From Octopus vulgaris (taxonomy: Eukaryota), in the NCBI GenBank assembly GCA_951406725.2, contig OX597815.1:93248001-93312000 (forward strand): a stretch of DNA of 64,000 nt, given 5' to 3'. Shown in pieces: positions 1 to 10,399 of the stretch. The notes below the pieces were generated by a model. The model did not search any database. It was given only the letters and a program-made list of their open reading frames with translations, and was not told where the DNA came from. Position 1 is the stretch's first letter, and each line of letters starts with the position of its first letter. Made by a program: the position numbers and the translations under genes.

Positions 1-1073
1 ATAAAATTAAACCACAGATCTGAAACTTTCCAAAAGAACTGTATTAGTGGAGTATGAGTAGATATATGATTTAAACAATGATTTTTAATTATTGTTTGTG
101 GTCGTCTCAATACAGTAACAACAATGCCTGTTGCTTAGTGCCAGGTAAGACCTGATTGAGAAGACCTATGGTCAAAGATATTTCAAACATGTCCACCTGC
201 CTTTTTTTTTCCCAGACACAGCATATCTAGGATTACATCGAGCATAACCTTCTTTTTCAAATACAAAAAAGTATGGGAACCTTGACAGTTATTGCATTAG
301 TGGCAGGAATACCATATAGATAGAATGATACCCAAATGGTAAAACCAGTGATCTCACTGCAGCTGTTGACTTTAATAAGCATATTGGACAACACCATAAA
401 GGTTCCCAAAGTTTGCCCTAGTAATCATAGTTGGAATGCTCTTGTTGCACTCATCTTGTCACTGTCTCCTGAAACTTTCCCAGTTATTTTGCTATCTCAA
501 TACTCTTCCATCTCTCTCGTTCACTGACCTCTCTCCATATGGCTTCATGACACCCTCTTATCTATCTCCCTTATGCCCCATCACTTGCTAATATTCACAC
601 ATACAATAAAAGAGGGATAGCACTATCTTCTATTTATCCCACCCATTCTTATTCTTTCTTCCTCTCTTCCACTAGTCTCTAGCAGTATTCTTTTGCTTCC
701 AACATTGTCCCTTCTCTACCAACCTCTGATAGCAACAGTCATGTTCCATCACACTTTAACTCCTTAACACCTGCTTTAAATTAACTTATGTCAACCTCTC
801 TCTTATTTTGCCTCTCAGAGTCGAGAGGGTTCTATGCCCTTGCAGAGTTACCAGGCAACATCACTAGTGCTAGTGTCATGAAAAAAATGCACCCAATAGA
901 TTCTGTAAAGCGGTTGGTATTTAAATGGGCATCCAGATGTAGAAACTATGCCAAAGCTGAGAAGATTAAGTGAAACACCATCCTCTGACCCATAGAGGAG
1001 GGCAGTAACTCTGAAAAAGATCTGACATTATTTACAATGGACAGATAGTTGTCCTAAGCTTGTTTGTTGTTTC

Positions 1074-1115
1074 CACAACGATTCAGCTGATGTACTTTCC
1101 AGCCTTTATCAGGTG
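1074..1115 (-). ncRNA. Degenerate minimal type-I hammerhead ribozyme (left arm)
   Basis: Minus strand CAC-CTGATAA-A-GGCTG-gaaagtacat-CAGCT-GAAT-CG-TT-GTG; stems present but two core substitutions. Confidence 0.6.
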
Positions 1116-1339
1116 TTCTGGCAAAATTACAAACCCAACCCTTTATTTGACTAATGGGATACTCTGTTCTCATTCCTAAGGTATTCTTTTGCTTTTTTCT
1201 TTTTGCTGATGTTGTTTTTTGTTGATATTATTTCCCAAGTCACTGCTTAAGATTAAACTCAAAATTTGAGGATTAGTAGCCTGTGCTCTTATCTACTATG
1301 CTATATGCCCATATAGCATAGTGGGCATATAGTATAGTG

Positions 1340-1930
1340 GAGACCCAACTCTGAAAACAGAGAAGTCGTCACAGATCTTAATCAAGAACAAGGATTACTT
1401 CATACCAATGTAGTACAGACAACTGACCCAACCCTACAGTAAGCTGCCACACATGCACGGTTTTCATAAGGTTCATAAGGATGGTATTCCATTAAGACCT
1501 ATAGTGAGCTGTAGAGGTTTGGCATGTCATCTACTGAGCTGCTTCCTTGTGAATATAATCAGTCCATTAGTAGTTAAGTCAACATCGTATGTGAAAAATT
1601 CCACTCACTTCACTGAATTGTTCAAGGATACTCCCACTGGATCCAACCAGATGGTGAGTCTAGATGTGATAAGTCTGTTTATCAAAGTCCTAACTGATGA
1701 AGCACTATCAGTTGCTTCATCAGTTGATAGCGATGAAGCAACTGACGAACACCTCTCTAAAAGAACACACTAGTATACCAATAGGAAACATGATGGAAAT
1801 GTTGACTTCCTGCATAGAAACTTACCTACTTCAGAGTAGATACTAATATATATATATCGACAGAAAGAGGTTTTAGCTATGGGTTTGCCATTATCACAAG
1901 TAATAGCCAATATATATGTGGAATACTTTG
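1340..1930 (+). pseudogene. Decayed Penelope-like reverse transcriptase fragment
   Basis: Translates with stops and frameshifts to PHMHGFHKVHKDGIPLRPIVS, VSLDVISLF and RQKEGLAMGLPLSQVIANIYVEYF, i.e. PLE RT motifs (GLPKxHK..PLRPIVS; Q..G..MG.PLS); breaks off before the YxDD motif. Confidence 0.85.
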
Positions 1931-2174
1931 ATATATACATGGAATACTATTAAGAAAAGATAAAATATTAGGCTTATAGGCCCAAAAATTCACTCTATAA
2001 TTGTTTATAGGCATATAGCATAGTGGATAAGTTCAATCTCAGGCAGGGACTTGGGAAATAACATCAACAAAAAATAATAACAGCAAAAAAAAAAAAAAAC
2101 AAAGAATACCTTAGGAAAGAGAATAGAGTACCCCATTAGTCAAATAAAGGGTTGGATTCGAAATTCCATCAGAA

Positions 2175-2212
2175 CACCTGATGAAGGCTGGAAAGTACAT
2201 CAAAACGTTGTG
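2175..2212 (+). ncRNA. Degenerate minimal type-I hammerhead ribozyme (right arm)
   Basis: CAC-CTGATGA-A-GGCTG-gaaagtacat-CA[4-nt deletion]-AAA-CG-TT-GTG; palindromic AACGTT stem III. Confidence 0.62.
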
Positions 2213-2479
2213 GAAACAACAAATAAGGTGAAGACACCTATTTGTCTATTGTAAATAATGTACATAGTTACTCATCTCAAAAACATAGAATAGTAGATCT
2301 GACTTAAACCATAATGAACCATCCAACCCATGCCAGCAAGGGAAACAGACAAAAATGATGATGACAAGTGAAAAACTACAAATTACAGAAACATGAGCAA
2401 AAACAGTTACAATAAAACTGATCAAGGAAACAAAAAGTTTATTTCATGAAATGATTGAATATAGAAAGAAGAAGCCTAC

Positions 2480-2614
2480 TTTAATTTCTCCAGTATCATT
2501 TTCACAACAGGAAAGCAAATCCTTTAGAAGCAATCGATATTTCGTGATCCTTTGAACTGGTTTGATCAAATACGATGATAATGGTTCACTCAGTTTATGT
2601 TTTTGTTGTATTTC
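2480..2614 (-). CDS. trio: Trio exon, DH1 CR3: EIQQKHKLSEPLSSYLIKPVQRITKYRLLLKDLLSCCENDTGEIK
   Basis: ttttttacag| acceptor, AAA|gtaggc donor; 135 nt; YLIKPVQRITKY motif. Confidence 0.95.
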
Positions 2615-3335
2615 CTGTAAAAAAGAAGTGGAAGGAAAAATGTACAATTACCAAGAGTATTTAACATAGTGAGTATATTTCTATCATGACATCTATCCAG
2701 CTGATACTAAGTCTTATATTTTTACAATTTGCAATGTCCTCCAACTAAATGCTTTGCATAAAACCTCCTCACATATACACAATGTCATGCAGAAATAATT
2801 CTAAACCATTTCATTCAGGAATGAAGGAATCCTTGTATCAAATATATCAATAACAGAAATTGATTTTGAATAATTGCTTCTGAAACAAAGATGTGTTCCT
2901 ACCCACTCTAGATCTGTTCATATAAAATTTCTAGCATGCTTTCCACCTGATGCTTCCCCAATGCCCCAATCCATTAGATACTATTTACACAGTGGTTAAA
3001 CAATAACTACAGACCTCAGCCTAATGTTTCACAATAAACATGTTGGCAGTTAACATGTCAACAATGTGAAACAAAGAAAATTCATTCTTCTGTTATATAT
3101 CATTCTTCCTCCATTTTATTTTTTCTCTCCTAACTAACCTCCCCTCCTTTATTTCATGTAGTAAGAATTCTTAAGGTAGTTCATGCCAGAAAAGGCCTCG
3201 TTATGATAAGAAGAAAAGTTATATAGATTTTAGAGATACAAGCATATAAACACAATTTCTTAGTTCTCGTTTTTGGAATTCTTTTTTCAAGATATTGAAA
3301 TTTACTCTAACAAACAAAAGTCAAAATGATTGTAC

Positions 3336-3425
3336 CTCGAAGAAAGTCCCAGCATGTTCCATAAGAAGCTGACTTGAATCTGGCTTGTTTTTGCAGTATA
3401 GTACATATATAGAAAACTTTTCTGC
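3336..3425 (-). CDS. trio: Trio exon, DH1: [30 protein letters not shown]
   Basis: ttttacag| acceptor, GAG|gtacaa donor; 90 nt; YCKNKPDS motif. Confidence 0.95.
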
Positions 3426-4028
3426 CTGTAAAAGAAAAATTTTGTATTTTAATGAAAACTAAATTATATGTACAAATCAAGGTTTCATGATTTTAATGTT
3501 TTTAAGTGGTAAATGAAGAAGTAAAAAGTGTGGGTTGCTACAATTATTTATTTATAAAAGTAACTACTAAAAGAACTGCTTATAACAGATGGTTGCGACA
3601 ACTGCAACTTGTTTATAACAGATGGATAAAACAATTGTAGGTTGAGTATTATTGTACATAGATCAACAAGATACAAGAGTTAAATTGGCTGTAGTTGCTC
3701 CAAAATTACTTTGAAGTATGGACTGAATCCTTAAATTTTTATCATTTTCTCAATAAATAAATTTAACTTCAAGTTATCTTAGCCATCACTTGCAAGCTAA
3801 TATGACCTAGAAACATGTACCACACTTGCTAATTGTTTTAGGTATCTGTGTAGTAATGAACAAACATGGACACCCTCTCAACTCTCTCTCATTTGACTCA
3901 GCAGAACAGTCAGGATGTGACAGCTGGAGGGAGAAAGAGCTGCACTGGCAATCATCTGGTACTCATTTTCAGAGAAGTTATCTATGTTAAACTGAAAAAA
4001 ATAATGAAGCTAGTGAGATATTACTTAC

Positions 4029-4098
4029 CCATGTGACAAAACAATGCCCAACATCTTCCGGAATAGTCTCATATTTTTCTAACTCTTTTAAGAATGTT
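4029..4098 (-). CDS. trio: Trio exon, DH1: (K)[23 protein letters not shown]
   Basis: ttattcttag| acceptor, TGG|gtaagt donor; 70 nt, phase 2 to 0. Confidence 0.95.
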
Positions 4099-4357
4099 CT
4101 AAGAATAAAAGAAAAGAAATATATATATATATATTGTGTGTGTGTGTGTGAATGTGTGAAAATATGACAGTATGCTGAAATAAATTAAACAGATGAGTTA
4201 AATATTTCTTGGACTAATATTTTTGGACAGTGAAAATTTCAAAGATTAGAAAAACATTTTAAGATGGAAAATAATTTATATTATTGAACAGAATTGTAAT
4301 TAGATTTTCTATCAGTCTATTTAATCCTTGTAAATGTGAAATTCATTGATGCAGAGA

Positions 4358-4790
4358 CAGGCAAAACTGTATGGTTAAGAAATTTGCTTTCCAATTGTGT
4401 CGTTCCCAGTTCCGTCTCACTGCAGCACCTTGGGCAAGTGTCTTCTGTTATAGACCTAGGTTCACCAAAGCCTAGTAAGTGGATTTGGTACAGGTAAACT
4501 GAACAGGAGCCCATTGTGTGTGTGTGTGTGTGAGGGGGGGGGTGCACATGCAAGTGTATGAGTTTGTTCATATCTGCACTTGATTATTTGAAAGTTATGA
4601 CACTCATGCAGTGTTGTTGGCACTTCTCTTGTCAATAACTTGTCTTCTCACTTTGTGCCTTCAAAGTTGCACAAAATAAAAGATCTCTTATTTGAAAAAC
4701 ATGTAGGGATTTGTGTCAGAAAGAGCATTCAGCTGTAAAATAATACCTCAAAGCATATTTGTCTAACTTGTGCAGTATGGAGAAACAAAC
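4358..4790 (+). mobile_element. tRNA-derived SINE (family of 39859 copy), decayed
   Basis: ggttaagaaatttgctttccaa...gcaccttgggcaagtgtcttct...gtggatttggt head followed by a (GT)n linker. Confidence 0.7.
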
Positions 4791-6661
4791 ATAAAATGAA
4801 TGAGTGAATATGTGCATAATATCAAATAGAAATCTAATCAACAATTGTGCTATATGGCTATACACACACACAAGATGTTGAGACTCATAGAGGAGATGAC
4901 AAAGGACTAAGATGATTGGCGATTTTGCTGTGCTTGAGAAGACCCATCCAGCACAGCAGTCTTGAGCTTAAACACTCATGGGTGCTGCCTGTGCTCTCAA
5001 TCTGTTGCCTTCACACCTTCCCCAACTCTCATCTCCATAACACTCATTCCTCCACCCTTCTAACTATGGTACTATTCAGCTGCTGTAGTCATATGACAGC
5101 AGACTCTACAGATATTTCATCCCTTTTTTGTGCTATCAGTTATCCCTCCCTCTCACCAGAACCACTTTTTAAAAACAATTCATCTCTCATTCTCAACGTC
5201 ATTCATTTCCACTTTATTTTCTACTGATCACCCTTTTCTGTATTGCTAGTTATCACTCCCTCTCCTCTGAGCTACATCTTTGGATTGCTATGTTTCATCT
5301 TTAGCACCCTCTTATAGGTGTAATTCTTAGCACACTCTTGTATCAGTTGTTTACCATCACCACCTTTATCTCTCAATCAATGTAGCCACCTTAATTACCT
5401 CTGCAATCCATCTCACCCCCTACTGGCCCACCCTGCACATCATCTCCCCATTTTCTGATCAATCTACAGGTTTATTACACTGCTCTTCTATAAGTGCTGC
5501 CACTTAACACCTCCTCCTTGAGCCATTCCTATTTCTTCCATCCACTTCACCTTCTTCATCCTTCATTGCACTCACCTCTACCCATATCTCTATTATTATC
5601 TGTTAATCTCACTCCTATGACATTAGTGACCCACCCTTTTCCAATCCTCTGTCTGTATTCTGTTACACTCACTTCTTGCATCTTGAGAGTGTGCTCTGAC
5701 AGTACATCAGTACTGACTTTATATCTGTTCCAGTTACTTCCATTCGTCTCTATACAATGTTGGGTAGCCATGTATCTCCTTAATAGCAACATACTTGGGC
5801 CTGTCCCTCAATCATACTTTAGCTTTTCAACACTTAGCACAAAACCCTCTTTTTTTATATAGCAACCCCAGTTGGTTAAAGTATCTTTTACATTTGGCTT
5901 GTGAGTTTCTTCTCAACTTCACAAATGTTGGTGTCATGAAAAAAGCAATCTATAAAATAGTTGGCACTAGAAATGGCACAGTCCTCTGGTTGGTAGGATG
6001 TTGTCAAACTACCCAACCCATGCCAACATGGAAGATGAACATTAAATGATAAGGATGATAGGCATACACACACACAAACCCATTTCACCAAAATTTCCAT
6101 GGTGTCTAAGTGACTGAGGGTACAACATGCCTCAATGCCAGCAATTGCTAGTACTTATTTTTAGCTGAGTGGACTGAAGCAACAAGAAATAAAGCAAACT
6201 ACTTGAGGACAAGTTGTGTTTTGCCCAATCTGAGAATTGAACCTACAACCTAACAATTGTGAGCCCAACACCCAAACCATTATGTTACATGTGTCCTTAT
6301 ATATATATATATATAAGAGAGAGAGAGAGAGAAAGAGAGGAGGGGAGAGAGATGAATTATGATGAATTATTATGTATATAACTTGGTGTTGATTTAAAAC
6401 TGAGACCAAAGCAAATACAGCCTTCACTTAAAATAAACAATGTTTAGAAAAACATAGGTGAACTCTTCTCAGATGCCAAAATATATTCCAGATATAATTT
6501 GTAAAAACATTGGATCTTTTATGAGAAGATAAACAAGTAAAGGTACAAAACTAAATGTCTGCAAGATGTAATTGCTTAGGTAAGTGAAAGCAGTATCTTG
6601 GTGAAGATAATGAGAATTATGGTAAATGAAAAATACTAAGAATAATGAAAATGAAACATAC

Positions 6662-6771
6662 TTGTCATGGAATTCATATATTTCTCTAATATTACTAAAT
6701 ATTGTATCAGTTTTGTTTTCAATGCCAGGTGGAATATTATTTTGTTGATTTAACATTTCACCCATGTAATA
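6662..6771 (-). CDS. trio: Trio exon, DH1: YYMGEMLNQQNNIPPGIENKTDTIFSNIREIYEFHD(K)
   Basis: cttttccag| acceptor, AA|gtatgt donor; 110 nt, phase 0 to 2; IFxNIxEIYxFH motif. Confidence 0.95.
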
Positions 6772-8814
6772 CTGGAAAAGAGAAAGATATAAAAAATCAT
6801 TACAAATGGTAAACAATTTTGAGGAGCTTTTGGCAATTTTCAATGAGGAGACAGATAACAACTTCAGAAAACTAAGTAGCTGAAAAAAAAAAATACTTCT
6901 AATTTTATTCCTTTTTTTTTTTCAATTATTTTACAATGTAAAAAGAAATTTTGCTACAAGAGAGAAATTGATGCTTTCCCCAACTTTTTACTCTGTGTTA
7001 GTACATACAAAATCTAATGACAGAAAATGCTTATGAGAGGCCATTACATGTCCAGCTGCCCTCCAAGTGGTGAGATCAATACAGTTGATGTTCCCTTTCA
7101 TCACATACGGCTAGAGCAAAGTAATGGGTAAATAGCCAGCTTCAAATCTTCTTAATAACTTCATATTCTCTTTCTTCTCTCCTCTTTATCCTGCAGCAGG
7201 TGCGTGTTCTGGTCAGTTGCCAGACAGATACATAGCAAAGGCTATTTACTTTACTTCTCTCAGCTTTTCAGATCATCAAATCACCATTTATCTCCCCAGG
7301 CTGCTAATCTAGATATAGTTCCATTTCTCCAGACTTTATACAATTCATGAAAGTCCATAACAACAACAATTCTTCCTAACCAACAAGTGAGGTTATTCAA
7401 TGTTGGTTAATATCATTTAAATATTTACTTCCCCATTCTCTAAACTTTCATAAATACAAAATAAGAAAAGAAAACAAAACAAAAAACTCAGAGCATAATC
7501 CAACCTTTAAGATATTACATTCTTTTAAATAAAGATCTTTACTGTTTACTTTGTTGAGGAGCAACTTCTAACCTCGTTTTGCATACATCTTGAAAGAAAC
7601 TGATTCCAACTGTATATAATTAATGTCACAACCTGTACAATGATTCTATGTGATAGTGATCTTTTACTATTATCTATTTTATCTGTTAACTCCTATATCT
7701 ATCTAAGAATTCTACCAAAACACATTTTAGTGTAGTATACCTTCTTACTTAAAAGTATTTTTATCTTATGTATATTTCATGGCACAAAAGATTTTGATTA
7801 TAAAAAATATTGTAAACATATCACTGAAGTCTTGGTTGAATACTTCAAGAAGTAGATTGATAAATAAATATGTTACTCAGAAAGAAAGAAAAATGTTTCA
7901 GTTTAAGCATCTAAAGGGAGGCAGGCAGACATTCTTATAATTGTAGTTTAATTGGATGCCTAATTGCCTCCCTTACATTGCAGTGCTTGTAACAAACACT
8001 TTGTGCGTGTCTACCTATTTGATTAGGTATGTAGATATGTGAATGCTTGTGTATGAGTCAACATTGTACACGTGCACGTGTTAGTATGTGGGCTGTTGGG
8101 AGAGAATGTTGAAAGATAATAAACAGGTTAATTCACGGCTAATAATGATGACTGTAAAAGTTAGAAAGGTGCACATTGTACCAGGTTAGAAACAGCAATA
8201 CCCAGGTGTACATAGATTAATTGCTTCTTTAATATAAATATGAAGAACAGTATGAAGGAAGTTTGTATGTTGGCAACAGGTACATTAACAGTCACATATG
8301 TACAGCGTACTATGTTGTTATGATGAGGTTTTATAGCATTGTGAGTGGTGTTTTGCAGTATTGTTATGCTTTATAGTGTTGGTATGTATGTTATTTTAGC
8401 AGTTATTAGGTAAGCAGTTTTATAATGTTGTGTGATATAATGTTATATGAGATGTTTTATAGAGTTATGTATGCTGTCTTATGAAGTGGTATGCTGCTTT
8501 GCAATGTTGAACATGGTGTTTTATATTGTTGTCGTATGAGGCTATACAGAGTTATGCATGTTTTATATCCTTATATTGGATATATAATACAATGAAGCAG
8601 GGGTTAGAAAGTATATACACAACATACTACTATTACTATTACACGATACTCAATGCTCTATATCAAAGGCTCACAGTGAACTGCTAACCAACCCAAAATG
8701 CCAATCGCTCACAGTTCTTTGTTTTATAACAATGAGTCAGTCCACCTTTTAGTCACTTGAGGGGTGGTTGGATCCCTTCCACAACAATATGATATTTCAT
8801 AATATTATATGACG

Positions 8815-9030
8815 GTTGTGAGCTGGCAGAACTGTCAGTGTGCCAGACCAAATGTTTAGCAGCATTACATCCATCTTTACATCCTGAATTCAAAATCTGC
8901 TGAGGTTGACTTTGCCTTTCATCCTTTCAGGGCTGTTGAAATAAGTATCAGTTGAGCACTGCAGTCAATGTAATCAACTTACCCACTCCCTTAAAATTGC
9001 TGGCCTTGTGCCAAAATGTGAAACCAATAT
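8815..9030 (+). mobile_element. tRNA-derived SINE (family of 22239 copy)
   Basis: gagctggcagaa...ttcaaa...gactttgcctttcatcctttc...aaataagta core shared with many copies in the window. Confidence 0.75.
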
Positions 9031-9279
9031 TATATAACTGGTTTATAGTGTTGCTGTGTACGGCTATTCATAATATTGTTGTATGGTGGTTTATAGCATT
9101 GTCATATGGTATTTAAAAGTGCTGTAGTACAGTGGTTTGTAGGGTTGCTGCACAGTGGCTTACAGTGTTGTTGCATGATGGTTTGTAGCATAGTTGTGTG
9201 GTAGCTTAGAGTGTAGTTGTAAATTACAATTTATAGCTGATCTCTAACTGCATAGGGAACCTATGAAAGAGGTAGACAT

Positions 9280-9625
9280 GGATGAGGTGGTAAAGCATAC
9301 TCTTTGAATGTTGGGCCTAACAGAGGTGATGACAAGTGACTGAGACCTTTGGCAATATGCTGTTCTTGAGAAAATTTGTCAAGTCAAATAAAATCATAGT
9401 CATGGCCATTGCCATGTAAATAGCACCCTGGCCATTGCCATGTAAATGGCACCTGTGTTGGTGGCACATAAAAAGCACACATTACACTCTTGGAGCAATT
9501 GGTGGTAAGAAGGGCATCCAGCTGTAGAAACCATGCCAAATCAGACTGGAACCTGGGGCAGCCCTCTGGCTTACCAGTTCCAGTCAAACCGTCTAACCCA
9601 TGCCAGCATGGAAAGCAAATGTTAT
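9280..9625 (+). mobile_element. 3' end of RTE-like LINE with conserved tail
   Basis: gatgaggtggtaaagca...gagacctttggcaatatgctgt...aagggcatccagctgtagaaacc...aacccatgccagcatggaaa, matching 30800-31440 and 60500-61150. Confidence 0.75.
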
Positions 9626-10194
9626 GTATGTTTTTTTTACTGTGTTGTCATGTATGGTATTTTATAGAATTCTTATATGTAGTGTTTTAAAGTGTCGTGT
9701 ATGGTGCTTTATAGTGTTGTTGCATAGTAATTTACAGCATTGTTGCATTTCTCAATGGTTCACATAGCTCACTTGCTGGCACTGAGTAAAAAACTCAGGT
9801 CAACCTCGATTGAGCAAACCAAAGGCATTCCATCTATGACCTTTGCATTGAGGGGATATCTAAGATTAGATTATCTAACATGTGTCCTAAGTGTGATTTG
9901 GAGGAGATCTGGCTGCTACTTAGGGTGACCCTGTAGAAGTTTTCCTAGTAGCTAGTCATTTTATCAAATTTTAACAATCATTATTATCTAGGCCCAAGTT
10001 AATCCTGACAGAGGAAGCATATGATCAAGGGCATTCCAGCAGTCCCTGTCATACAAGGATGTAGTGAACTACATGATATGATAGTAGAGTGTAATTTGAA
10101 AGAAAATTTGGTTGCTGTATGTAGCAGACTGAATGACTATATACAGGCTCAATTTCTCAATGGAAAAAATAAAGATATGAAATGAAGCACAAAC

Positions 10195-10261
10195 CTTCAT
10201 ACAAGTTTCTAAATCTTTCACATATGATCTCTCAGTTTGTAGTAATTCAGCCATGATAAAT
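10195..10261 (-). CDS. trio: Trio exon, start of DH1: (E)FIMAELLQTERSYVKDLETCMK
   Basis: tttactttcag| acceptor, AAG|gtttgt donor; 67 nt, phase 2 to 0; DH CR1 motif ELLQTERxYV. Confidence 0.95.
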
Positions 10262-10399
10262 CTGAAAGTAAATAAATCAAAACATACAAATATCTTCAAC
10301 AAGTTTTTGCAGTGGTTTCTTTTAAAAAGAAACTGAAATAACTTCAGCAAATAAAATGAGAAATCTTCAGAATAAAATCTCATCTTCTCCCTTGTAATA

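Larger units (their letters stand above)
1025..2294 (+). mobile_element. Penelope-like retroelement derivative: RT fragment flanked by inverted ~250-290 bp arms
   Basis: RT fragment 1340-1930; 1025-1310 is the reverse complement of 2010-2261 (with indels); AGATCTGAC at 1018-1026 and 2295-2303 is a candidate TSD. Confidence 0.82.
830..2365 (+). mobile_element. RTE-tail SINE-like repeat split by the Penelope-like insertion (5' part ~830-960, 3' part ~2315-2365)
   Basis: gggcatccagatgtagaaactatgcc on the left and aaccatccaacccatgccagc...gatgatga on the right match the two halves of the uninterrupted copies at 9500-9620 and 61000-61150. Confidence 0.6.
8300..9750. repeat. Degenerate ~21-23 bp minisatellite (approx. 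GTATGGTGTTTTATAGTGTTGTT) interrupted by SINE/LINE-tail insertions
   Basis: Repeated tatagtgttg/tatggtg units at 8300-8580, 9030-9230 and 9630-9750. Confidence 0.65.

Noticed and set aside
4916-5862. 100-120 aa ORFs in a pyrimidine-rich stretch
   Set aside because: Low-complexity composition, no domain motifs, no splice context
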